From positions 47,556,001 to 47,620,000 of the forward strand of contig CM052816.1 in NCBI GenBank assembly GCA_028534125.1: DNA of 64,000 bases, in the 5' to 3' direction. Positions 35,281 to 47,560 of the stretch are shown piece by piece. Within the stretch, counting starts at the first letter, position 1. The number at the start of each line of letters is the position of its first letter. Below the pieces are notes generated by a model that saw only the letters and a list, made by a program, of their open reading frames with translations, did not search any database and was not told the DNA's origin. Origin of the DNA: Lama glama (lineage: Eukaryota). The position numbers and the translations under genes were made by a program.

Positions 35281-36949
35281 AGCATGTTGAGTAGTAGTAT
35301 GAAATTTGTCACCAAGATCATTTCTAACAGTACTTTCTTAGAAATGCTCTTACAAATTGCAACAAAAGATGAAACTTGTATGTGCTATTAGAAAACATAT
35401 TTATCTTAAGATGTACTCATAAAAATCTTTTTTCTAAAATAAAGAAACTTTAAATATGCCAATAAAATCACAATATCATGCTTTAGTCACCAAGCAAGAA
35501 TCCCTGAATCATACAATCACATAGTTAATAGCTGAGTATCCTGTCCTAACCCTAGCAATAGTGGCTAAAATAACCCAAAGAGGCAGCTTTCTTGTCTGCA
35601 AGGGTGATTATGCTGAAGAGAGAAGAGACTCATAAACAATGGAAATTTTTCAAGGTAGTTAATTAAACAATGAATTTTGTCATACAGAGGAAATGTTACA
35701 AGAATTTAGAAAATGGTAAAACTGAAATCAAAGCAAATGTAGAAGAAACTATAACATAGGAGTAGCTTATTTTAAATTTCATGGGGTAAGGGGCTCTTCT
35801 TCCTAGTTCATCCCTCCTGAATACCAAAAACTGCTTAGAATGGTCAATCACTTTTTCTGGTTAAGCATCTTTTCTTAAAATACCTCAAACCAATCTTTTA
35901 ACAGAGAGCTTTATAAACCTGAAGTATGTGGTTTAAATACAGGTTGAATGTGGTTGAAAATAACCAAGTTTACTTCTGAAATAACATTTAATATGTACAT
36001 AGATTCATGTTTGTATTAGAATTTATGTCTTTCCTCTATATCTGTGGGTATCTGTCAAGATGAGAAAATCTGGATATTTAAAAAAACCCAAATAACAATA
36101 ACTTCAATGAGATGAATATATAACTTTATTTTTTATGGAAAAGAAATACAGAGGCAGAGTTTCCTGAACTTCTGTGATCACTCTGAGATTTTACCAGAGA
36201 ATCAACCTCCTTTGATTTTCCTGCTCTACCTTTTTAGAATGCTGTTTCTATCTTCAAGTTGTCTCATGATCTCAAAATTATTTTACCAACCGGTAGATTA
36301 AGATACACCTTAAGTTTGTTGTTTTGATAACACTGACATCTTAAATCCAACAAGTGGCATATACAAGTTATCATATGGACATATTGTCTATAACTACTAT
36401 ATTTCAATGTAGTATATAAATTAACTCCAGAGATCAAATAGGAAGGAATTTCCATAGGGGCAGATATTTTTGTTTCACCATCCAGCTGAAGCACCTAGAA
36501 GAGTGCCTGGCATATTGTAAGCATTCACAAAATATTTGGTAGATGCATACATAAATCCAGCAAGAAAAAACTGGCTCAATCCTTGATTTAAAAGCAAAAC
36601 ATGCAATACCTATAATGTTTACACAAGGTTAAAAAATCAACTATCCACCTTAGTTGAGAAAAATATGGACTATATTAACTAAAGATGCAGTCTGGAATTC
36701 AGAATTTCAACTATACCTATCATATTTGCTATAGAAATAACCTAATTTTTATTTTAAGAATTCAGTAGAAAGCATTTGAAAGTATCTTGCCTTATGTTTA
36801 TCACATAATAAGAACTCATGTTTCTTTTTCCATTTCTACTTTTATTTTTAAAAAGAAAAGTGAATTTTAAAAATCTAATTAAAAATAACTGCATTTATAT
36901 TATGAAGTGTTATCATTACTAAGCTGGGATCCACATGATAAAATAGAAA

Positions 36950-37170
36950 GCGAATAGGCTTTTGTATTAGACAAACCCAAACCTCAACTTATAAGTGGTA
37001 TGGCCTAGGACAAATTGCTTTGCCTTTCTGATCTTAAACTTCCTCAGCTATAAATGTAGATGATATGAGCTCTTCTATAATAGTGAGATGGTGAGGTTAA
37101 AATGAAATGACACACTGAGATGTTTAACATTGTATCAGACACACAGTAGGTCTTCACTAAATGTTCTTTA
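36950..37170 (+). mobile_element. MIR SINE
   Basis: ggctttt...ggacaaattgctttgcctttctg...ttcctcagctataaatg...cacacagtaggtcttcactaaatgtt. Confidence 0.7.
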
Positions 37171-37735
37171 ATGTGTCCTGTGGCCAGAGCAATATGAACC
37201 CATCAAATCTCACATAATATTTTGGCTCATCTGTTTTTAATACCATAGAAAACATACATGCAGTTCCTCAAATGCAAAGATGTGGCGTTACATGACATCA
37301 TTTAACTAATAGTAACAGAGTTATTTTCTGAGTTATTCCAAAAGGGAGGAGTTTGGGAAACTAAAGTTTCAAATTTGACCCATGCCACACAAAAATTCTC
37401 TGATAGGCAAACAATGAATGATCTGAGAAATTCAGCACTATTTTATGTGGCCACGAGGCAAAAGATGATCAAATAGTGACAACAGAAAAATGGTATGTGA
37501 ACAATTTCACTGCAGAAGATTTTCTCAAGGCATTTGACTTTTTAGAGAATATATGACCTATCAGATTTGTTCAATCAGTCAATGACTGTCTTATTTCAAG
37601 TCAATCAAAAGTGATACGTTTATAGTGCCAGAAACTATGCTTAGAAAATACTAAACATTTCGTATTGAGTCACTCATGTTTTCCCCGGTATATATTTGCA
37701 TTAGTAAATTGATTACATGAAAGACACACATATAC

Positions 37736-37786
37736 TTAACAGAAATGTTTCACAGAATGAATGGTTCAATGAAACATTTCTGTTAA
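37736..37786. repeat. Perfect 17-bp inverted repeat with 17-nt spacer
   Basis: ttaacagaaatgtttca ... tgaaacatttctgttaa. Confidence 0.95.
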
Positions 37787-38634
37787 TTTGACACTTCACA
37801 CTTAACCCATGTTTTTCATTCTAGACCAAAGAAAGGAAAGAGGGTAATAAAATATTCATTAACTGCACTGAAGCCCATTTATAGCAGATGGTCTCTGGAG
37901 GGTAAATTTCAAAACATTTGCTAGAGAGCGCTGTGCAAAATATGCAGTTGTTCTGACGCAGCAACTAGTGTGAAGAACAGCAAATGCAAAAGTCATCATT
38001 AGTAAGGGAGCTCATCCATTGTGAATCACAGTGCAGCTACCTTTTGTCATTTCGACTAAGGAAATGAGTCACATTTGCTGTTGCTTATCATTTGGGGGAA
38101 TTTTATAGATAAAAAAGCACAAAATATGCCCACAGTCTCATCAGGAATTATGGTTATTCCTAAAAAGTCTTGATAAACCTCCTTTCAGCATTCTTTAGAT
38201 TCTCAGAGAATTAAAATATTTGGGAACATATGGTCCTGGTAAGCACCTACAGGTATTGTAGGGTAGAAGGAAAAGAGGAAGGAAGAAAAATGTGTATGTA
38301 GATGGATGCATGGAGGGGTGAATGGATGGATGGCTGGATGAAGACAGGTGGATAGCTAGATAATTAAAATACCAGTAGCAAAAATGATAAAAATTCTAAT
38401 CAGGCTATAAAACAAAAGATTAATGTGCTCTGAATCTCTCAAAACCACATGTAAGTAGGTAATATCTTAGGATAAATTCAGCATTTCCTGGTTTGGCCAA
38501 TTGCCTATTTGTTCAGAAGAATAGAATGTTTACCAGGATTTTTCAAACTAAGTTTGTGTATGGTGCTAACTTCCACTATAAAAAATACTTTGAAGCTATA
38601 CTACTCTTCTTTCAAAAATTTGTAAAGATATATA

Positions 38635-39116
38635 TTTTTTTAACATTTTTTATTGATTTATAATGATTTTACAATGTTGTGTCAAATTCCAGTGTTCAGC
38701 ACAATTTTTCAGTCATTCATGGACATATACACACTCATTGTCACATTTTTTTCTCTGAGTTATCATAACATTTTGTGTATATTTCCCTGTGCTATACAGT
38801 GTAATCTTGTTTATCTATTCTACAATTTTGAAATCCCGGTCTATCCCTTCCCACCCTCCACCCCCCTGGTAACCACAAGTCTGTATTCTCTGTCTGTGAG
38901 TCTATTTCTGTCCTGTATTTGTTTTTGTTTGTTTGTTTTTGTTTTTGTTTTTTAGATTCCACATATGAGCGATCTCATATGGTATTTTTCTTTCTCTTTC
39001 TGGCTTACTTCACTTAGAATGACATTCTCTAGGAGCATCCATGTTGCTGCAAATGGCATTATGTTGTCGGTTTTTATGGCTGAGTAGTATTCCATTGTAT
39101 AAATATACCACATCTT
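38635..39116 (-). mobile_element. Relatively young L1 3' end running into the assembly gap
   Basis: ttttttattgatttataatgattttacaatgttgtgtc...gattccacatatgagcgatctcatatgg...ggctgagtagtattccattg. Confidence 0.9.
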
Positions 39117-39216
39117 NNNNNNNNNNNNNNNNNNNNNNNNNNNNNNNNNNNNNNNNNNNNNNNNNNNNNNNNNNNNNNNNNNNNNNNNNNNNNNNNNNNN
39201 NNNNNNNNNNNNNNNN
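39117..39216. other. Assembly gap (100 N)
   Basis: Run of n. Confidence 1.
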
Positions 39217-39319
39217 ATATATTTATTTTTTAATTCATTTCAAATCAATTCTTAATAGTGAAAAATTTTGCAAAATCTACATTGTCAAATGCATGTTGAG
39301 GTTAGGTAACCCTTTTTAA

Positions 39320-40505
39320 ATTTCTAATTGTGGTTAAAAAACATGTAACATAAAACTGGCCACCTTAACCATTTCTATGTGAACAATTCATCAGTGTTAA
39401 GTGTATTCACACTTTGTACAACAGACCTCTAGAATTGTATCATCTTGAAACAAAGTCTATACCCATTGAGGAAAACTCCCTCATTTCTCCCTCCTCCCAG
39501 CCACTGATAACTGCCATTTTACTTTCTGTTTCTATAAATTTGACTACATTAGTTGACTCATATAAGTAGAATCACACGGTATTTGCCTTTTCTGTGACCA
39601 GATCATTTCAGTTACCATAATGTCCTCAGGGTTCATCCAGGTTACAGCATGTGACAGGATAGCCTCCCTTTTTAAGGAACATTCCATTGTGTATATATAT
39701 ATTTAGCTAGTGATGAATATTTGGTTTGCTTCCACCAAGAGGTGGAAACATTGTAAATAATGCTGTTATAAATAGAGATGTCCAAACAACTCTTCAGTAC
39801 TGTGCTTTCAATTCTTTTGGATGAATAAGAATTGCTGGGTCATGTGGTACTTCTAATTATAATTTCTTGAGGAATCACCATTACTGTTTTCCACTGTGGT
39901 TCTACCATTTTACAATTCTACCAACAAGGAGTAAGGGCTCCAATTTCTCCACATCCTCACCCACACTTGTTAGTTTCTGTTCTTTTGACATTTAGCCATC
40001 CATTGGGTGTGAGGTGGTATCTCATTGTGGTGCATTTCTCCAATAATTTATGTTGTTAAGAATATCTTCATATGTTTGTTGATCATTTGTATATCATCTA
40101 TGGAGAAATGTCTCTTCAAGTCCTTTGTCCATTTTTTGATCAGGTTTTTTTTTTATTGTTAGTTCTAGGGGTTTATATATTCTATACATTAACTTCTCAT
40201 CATATGTATCATTTGCAAATATTTTCTCCCATTCCATAGGTTGCTTTTTCAATATGTATTGTGTTCTTCGATATGGAGAAGTTTTAACACCTGATGTAGT
40301 GCTCTTTGTATATTTTTGCTTTGTTTTCTGTGCTTTTGGTGTCATAGCCAAGAAATGATTCCCACTTCAAATGTGATGAAGCATTTCCCCTGTTTTCTTT
40401 TAGGAGTTTCATGGTTTTGGGTCTTACATTTAGGTTTTTAATTCATTTTAAGTTAATTTTTGTTAAATCAGGATCCACTTTATTCTTCTGCATGTGGATA
40501 TTGCA
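39320..40505 (-). mobile_element. L1 (L1MA/MB-type) 3'UTR and ORF2 C-terminal fragment
   Basis: ORF-track peptide QPMEWEKIFANDTYDEKL; typical 3'UTR sequence. Confidence 0.88.
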
Positions 40506-42864
40506 ATATTCTCTTCTCACTCTCTCCCCTCCACCCCATCTCTTTCTCCCACACATATCCTCCCCTACGCATTTACATGCAAATAAATTTTTGATTTTTT
40601 AAAAAAAATCATCACCTGCTATAACTTCCTATTTTCCTTTTCATGGTTGCATCTATTGTTTGGAATATTACAATCAGCCTCAATGAAAATTATCGTGATA
40701 CAATAATCAAGAATCAGCATATCAGGAGGAGAATAAGCAGAAGTAGGTGAATACTTGAGACAAGATTCTTCTCTTTTTCTGATAATATAAAGAGAAAAAT
40801 GCTACACATTTTGACAGAAAAAGTGTATTTCCAAGCAGCATATATATTTTTTATTGTAGCTGCCCCTTAACACATTGCCTCATGTGAGTCTCAGCACTTA
40901 GAGAAAGTTATTTATCATTTATTTCTCACAGAAAGAATAGGGAGATAAAAGACATTCAATGTTGGATTTATAAAATATAAATACTGGTAATATAATGTTG
41001 CATTGTACATGTAAAAGAGTGATAACTTTTTCAGGCAAGTCTTTATATAATTGCAAGACTTGCTATGAGATTGGAGTCTATTCCCAGCTTGTTCCATTAT
41101 GTCATACAAATCTGTCATCAGGTAAAAATCCTATAAGGTTGCATAAAAATATTGTGAGTTAACTATAAGTAAAAACCCTTAAAATCTTGATATTACTACC
41201 TTTGAAATATCCTTTATTGTCTCAGATGTATCAAGAAGCAACCACTTCTGAGACTTTATTCTCTATTCTATGTGAAATCAAATTCTCTCCAGGGTACTTT
41301 ATATGACTTATTAAAATAGTCTGTTGGTAGGCAAAATTCTTCTCACTGTGACCGGAAGACTTTAAAATTGGTGGCAAAGGAATTTGGATATTCTCAGAGA
41401 GAAAGAATCACTGAGTTGGGTATTTGAAGTTAGGTTTAATGATCTAATTTCATGTGAAAATATAGGTGCAAGCTCAGACAGATTTTGACACAAGTATCTG
41501 GGAACTAGATATTGAACTAAACAATTTACAGGCCTTGAAATAAGTAGAAAATTATTCTTGAAATCATGTTGAAAAGCAAATGTAAAATTGATCACATTGG
41601 AATAAAAATAATCACGACTGAAATCTATTTCAGTAATGTACGGTTTGTATTTACAAGATAATTATTTTCTGCATCTTGGATCACTTATGTATAGTACTAA
41701 CATTCAAAGAATTATTTTCCCCTTCTCAAACCTGTATTCCATTTTTAAGCAGATAAATGAACCAGACCCTTTATTAACTAAAGTAGGTCAACTCAGTATT
41801 CTAGGAATAAAAAAACTGTAAGGAGGCTACAATTGATGACAAAATTCTAATGTTGTAGCTGTCAGTCAAGGTTACTATATTCCACAAGACACTTCATCAT
41901 TTGGCTAAAATATTTTCTTCAAAAAGTTCTTATTTTCTTTTTTGGATTTCATTTAAGAGTATTTGAACAAAATCTCAAACATTTCCAATATGTAGCTTTG
42001 ATTGCAACATTTGTATAGTCCGTAAGATTTATCATGTTACCAGCCTAAGAGAAGAAGAATGAATGCTGATATGCATAAACAATTCATCCAAGGACAATGT
42101 ACAAACAGAGGACTAAACAATGAAGCTAGCAAACGAAAACCAACTCTTCAAACAGATGAGAATTCGGTCTGTGATTTTTTGTGTGTCTACTTACCAACTG
42201 AGTTTAACTTGATTTAAGTTTAAAATACCAAAGACATAAACTTGATTTTACTAGGAAAATACTTTCAAAGCAAGCAGACTGTGAATACTGATGTACTTTT
42301 TCATTAGCATTGCCTGATTCTGAGATAATTTTATACGAGTGGTCAGCTCAGAGAATGGAGAACACAAAGATCCTGACCAGATTTAGTGACCTTCTGTATG
42401 AGTATAAAATGATTGCATGTTGAACTGCGAACTTTTCACAAACATTTTCTAAGCAATTAATGCAATAATATTTAATTCTAAATACAATATGTTGTAAATA
42501 CTACTCTGAAGATTATTTGAGTTCTCTCTGATAAAATTAAATAATAGACTTTCTTTAAAAATCACTTTAAAAAATCACATGATCATCAGGAGTGGCAACA
42601 TAAGAATCTTTCTAAGTAGATTTCCTCAAAGGCTAAAGTCTACTCATAGCCATGTGAAATGATCTAGTTGTGATTACTCAAGACAAAAGATTTCTACATA
42701 AAAAAAAATATGTTCACTAAATGAGAACTAACATCCCACTTCATTTTATGCTTATATAAGAGTTCCATAGCCTTCTAAATATAGAATAACTTTTTACAGA
42801 ACCATAAAATTTTGGAGCTAGAACAAAGCTTAGAGATGTCTCTAAGGAATTCAAGGCCACAAAG

Positions 42865-43570
42865 CTTTAAAGAACAAAAATCAATAAAGAACAAGGAAAC
42901 AATATAGATAACATAAAAACCCAAAACTGTTTCTTTGAAAGTATTGATAATAGACAAAACTCTTACGAGAATGACCAAAGGAAAAATAGAAAATCACAAA
43001 TAAGTAAAATACAAAATGAAAAGGGGAACATATTACACATACAGTAGACATTTTATAATCATAAGAAAATACAATGAATGAGTTTATGTTAGTGAAGTTG
43101 AAAACTTAGATGAAAAGAACAATTCCCTAGAAAAACAAAAATGATCAAAATGCATACAGTAAGAAATAAATTACCCAACTCCCAGTTAAGAACTTGAATC
43201 AAGAAGAAAAAAAAATTTCTCCTAAAAGTTGCCTGGCCCAGATAGATTTACAGGCAATTTATACAAAGCTCAAACACATAGATAGTAATTCATATACAAC
43301 CTGTGTCCAAGGAAATAAAAAGAAGAACGCTGCCCAACACATTTTATAAGGCTAATATAATTTTGATACTAAAACTTGATTAAAAAAGTATAACATCCAA
43401 CTTTTAACCTGCTTCACTTATAATTAGAAATGCAAAAACACTGTCTACAATACTATCTCTTTGAATTCAGAGTGATTCATTCAAGGTTCACTGTTAAAAA
43501 AAATCTATAAATTTAATGCACCCTGCTAACAACAAATAAACAGAGACCACGTGGTAATCCTAAAAGAACT
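42865..43570 (+). mobile_element. Old L1 ORF2 fragment
   Basis: aaaacttagatgaaaagaacaattccctagaaaa; cctggcccagatagatttacagg. Confidence 0.7.
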
Positions 43571-46500
43571 TCTCTTACTAAATTATTTTCCTAAAGGGTC
43601 TTTCTATTTTAAATATTTATCCCAGGTAGATTCTTGATATATATCTCTTCCATGAAGAATGTGATGGAAGACTGAAGATGTTTTATTTCCCTCCAAATTA
43701 ACCTTTAAAATAGAATTTTAATTACAAATACTATTTTTTGCTCTCCTCATCACTTACTTCAGGATGCCACTGGGCTTATGACACTTGGGAAATTTTAAAG
43801 AAGATCTGAACTACACATTTAATAAAAGTATAAACTACCTAAGCCTATAGCATCTTTATTGATATTGGCTGGCAACCTAAATATGATAAGGATCATATTT
43901 TAAGAGTGACTATATAAATTCAAGTTACCCACAAACTTCATAAAACCTCACCCATTAAAATATTGAGTGTGCAGATTTTAACTAGTGAAATTGAACAACT
44001 GGGGCAGCAGAAAGGAACTCCAGTCAGAACAAGGGAGCTCAAAAGTAAGCCACTCTGCCCACTGCCTCCTCTCCTCTTTGTCCTTCTCTATACTAAGAAC
44101 CTTAATGGCTAATTCACACACAGTGTTATTAAACAAGACTTAATCTGTCTATCTAGATTTAAACAGTATCCATCCAGGAACATGCAAAGGAAGGTTCACG
44201 TATATTTGCAAATTTGAATGATTGCATTCCTGGGAAATGAGTGACACTGGATGGAGAGATTTGTATGTGGGTAATCATGTCATATACTTGCACCATCAAT
44301 TAGATTAAGAATTCTTAAGGGATGTCCTAGCTTCATTGAGAAGATTCAATCTTTTATAAAGATGCATGAATTTGCTAGGGGAATCCATATAAGGTAATTG
44401 ATATCTCTTGCCTTAAGGGATATTTAGTTCCAAAACTTTTGTACAGACAAACGTTCCTCAAGTTTAAAGCTTCACCTTCTGAAGATCAATTTAGGTTTTA
44501 TTCTACATAAACCAAAGCACTTTTTGGTTGTAATTTTACTTAACCACCAGCGAATTTAGCAAGAATATATGAACAGCTTTAATTGCTTAAATCCCTCACC
44601 AACGATTTTTCGAGAATGTAATCATAAGATTAAAATGATAATGTAAATATTACAGATAATAGTCTATGCATATTTATTTTTTATCCACCAAATACAGGGT
44701 GATCACATGTTAAAGAAAAAATCATTTAAATTACAGTATAAACATATATTATGCCTCACTGCTTTTCTTTTTAAATGTCCAAACACATAAAAGTACTACA
44801 TGAAAGAAGACTATACTTGCAAGATACATATAATTTTTCCTCCTTAAGAATATAATGCATTATAATTTTAATTCTATTTATGTGATGATTTCTTCCTAAA
44901 ATTTAAATAAATGCTTTGTTTTCTTTAAACAAGGTTTATTCAATACAAGATGACTTCTACCTTTCTAAGAAGAATCTCTCACTGAAATGGAAGGTAAATT
45001 CTGTGGTCATTCGCTAGCTTTCCTGTTTCCAAATTCATTTAGAATGCTTTCTTTAAAAAAGCTTCAGTGATTGCTACAAATAATATAAATGGCAAAAGCA
45101 TAAAAGACCTCAGTTTATCACATTTATTTGGACATTTCACAATACCTCCATCAAAAAGGTTTATATGAGAATTTTTTATTTTCAAAATTATACACATCTA
45201 AAATAGAATTATAAACATGCTGTCATGGGTCTAAAGAAGAATAGGACTCTTTTCTGAAATTATAACTATTCTTCTTCAAAAGTAATTTGGATTATTTTGA
45301 AACACAAGAAATAAATATTGAAGAAATGGAAGGTTAGCTGATTTCATATGAAAAGTATTCAATAGATTGAGCATCACTGGAACAAGAATCTTTGGTTAAA
45401 TCATTTCAAACCTACAGTCTCTATACAGTATGGTAAAGATTGCTTGGTCTTTATTACAGTTGTAAACATTTAATGGCTGATAATTAAATAAAGAGCATCC
45501 GTACTGAATCCTGCAAGATTTAATTAAACATAGCACACTGCAGATGTGAGATTTAAATCACTATTTATAATTACATGTAAAACACAATTGCTGATATGAA
45601 TACATGGAATTCTAATGGAAATTTGCAATTTCATCTCATTTTAAACAATGTTGTTCTGAATGCCTTATTCTATTTTTAATTATGAAGAGTTTTTTCAAGA
45701 GATGAAATAATAGATATGTCAAATGTGCCTATGAAAGTTGGTTGCGAGTAAAGGAATATTGTCTCAGAAATTTTTTTATTATATTGATGCCAAAGATAGA
45801 GCAAAAAAGAAAAAAAAATGAAAGGAAAGAAAAAGAAAAGAAAATACAAATGCACCTAACTACAAATAATCAGATAAAGAAAAATGGGAACTAAGCCAGC
45901 ACTATCATTAGATGTGTAGATAGCTAGGACAGAAAATGAAAAGAATTTTATATCTCTTCAGTTTCAGTATCGTATGAAACTCATATTTGAGTATTAATTA
46001 TGAAAAGTCCAAGAACATTATAGTGTAATGATTTAGAGTGAACTTTAAAAAATGTATACAGAAAACCTCTTAAATACTGAGAAATTTTCAGCCTTTTTAT
46101 TCATTATTCAAGATGCCATTGATATTTTTACTCATACAAATGTACAGAAAATACAGTGAACGTGGAATATTTTATAGCTGATTACACAGACTAACTGATT
46201 ACACGTATCATTCAGTATACCATTCATAACAGTAATTGTTCAGTGTCTTATTTGTGATACATTCCTCTATGGAGGAGGAAAACAAAAATGGAACGTGCCA
46301 AATACTAAATTCAGTTTACACCATTCTCCAATCCTGTATGCCTGCAATGTTTCAGGATCACAAATGTTTACAAAGAGAATCTTGTCAGTGAGGGCTCAGA
46401 CCAGAAATGCAAATAGCTAGTGTTCAAGTGACTAACAAAGGGTGGCATGAACCTCCATATTCCTCGTCTCCACAAGCATAAAGAAAGGAACAAGTGATTT

Positions 46501-47132
46501 TTAGTAAATTATAGGACTGAATTACACCCTAATATCTAAATTAATTACCTGGTCATTCTTGATTAACACTTCTCTTGTCACTAATGTATTGCGAAGAACT
46601 ACCAAATTTAAAAATCTGTAGGTGGTCTGAGAGGAAACCATAAATTACGTATTCAACAAGAAATAATTTGTCAGATCATATATGCTTATTATATCCATAT
46701 ATAGTACCATAATTGTCCATGGCATTTTAAAATAGATGAAACAGTCTCAAAGTTATCTATTCAAAAAGAGGGTTCTGTTAAAGAAAAATAGATGGATCCT
46801 AGCAATGGAGCTGTCCAGGGCTCCACATGCATGTGACAGTTTCTTATTTACATGTCACTCATGTTTATGCATGTTCAGAAGAATACAGCTGCTACCCCAT
46901 TCTCCAGAAATCACGGACACCGGTCAAGTCTACAAATGATAGCCACATTTGAGCTTGTAACGTATTTATCATGAAAAGCTAGAAACCCTAATGTTAGGGA
47001 GGAGGAAAAGCAGCACAATTTGCTTTGAAAAGATAACAGACATCTTTCAAAAAACAAATACTGTATATTCAATTCAGCTCCTTTAGGTGCTTTCATGTTA
47101 TAGGAATTCTGCTGGTGATGAAAACAGCATTC

Positions 47133-47560
47133 AGCCAATCAAATGGCAGTACCCTAGTGCCATCCAAAGTAGAAGCCTAGTGTTTAAAATAAGCCTGATG
47201 AATTATTCATAGAGCTGATGTTTATGCAAATTAGAGAATCATGCACCCACCTGACCACCACGGGAAGAAAAAAACATAGGGAAAATAAAAAACCATGCTT
47301 TTAGCATTCTCCAGAACCTATGTAATCAAATGATAATATTCTTTCATTAAATGCATCAAGGAATTACAACCTTACCTGGTTAGTTTGTAGGGCCTTCAGA
47401 TATTCTGGATGAAATAACTGACTGTGCGTGCAACCAATAAAACTGAACTGAAAAGCTGATTAAGGGCACTTACTTAATGCAAAGCCACTCACTGAATATT
47501 CATATGATGCCTGTGTTTATGCAAATTAAAGCAAAAGAAAGCCCAAGGGGATTGGTTGCC
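47133..47560. promoter_or_regulatory. Candidate enhancer: two identical 15-mers tgtttatgcaaatta (octamer), each preceded by a POU MORE-like palindrome, plus CCAAT boxes
   Basis: 15-mers at 47219-47233 and 47514-47528; atgaattattcat 47198-47210; tgaatattca 47493-47502. Confidence 0.35.

Noticed and set aside
39041..39319. 92-aa ORF
   Set aside because: Artefact of reading through the N gap.
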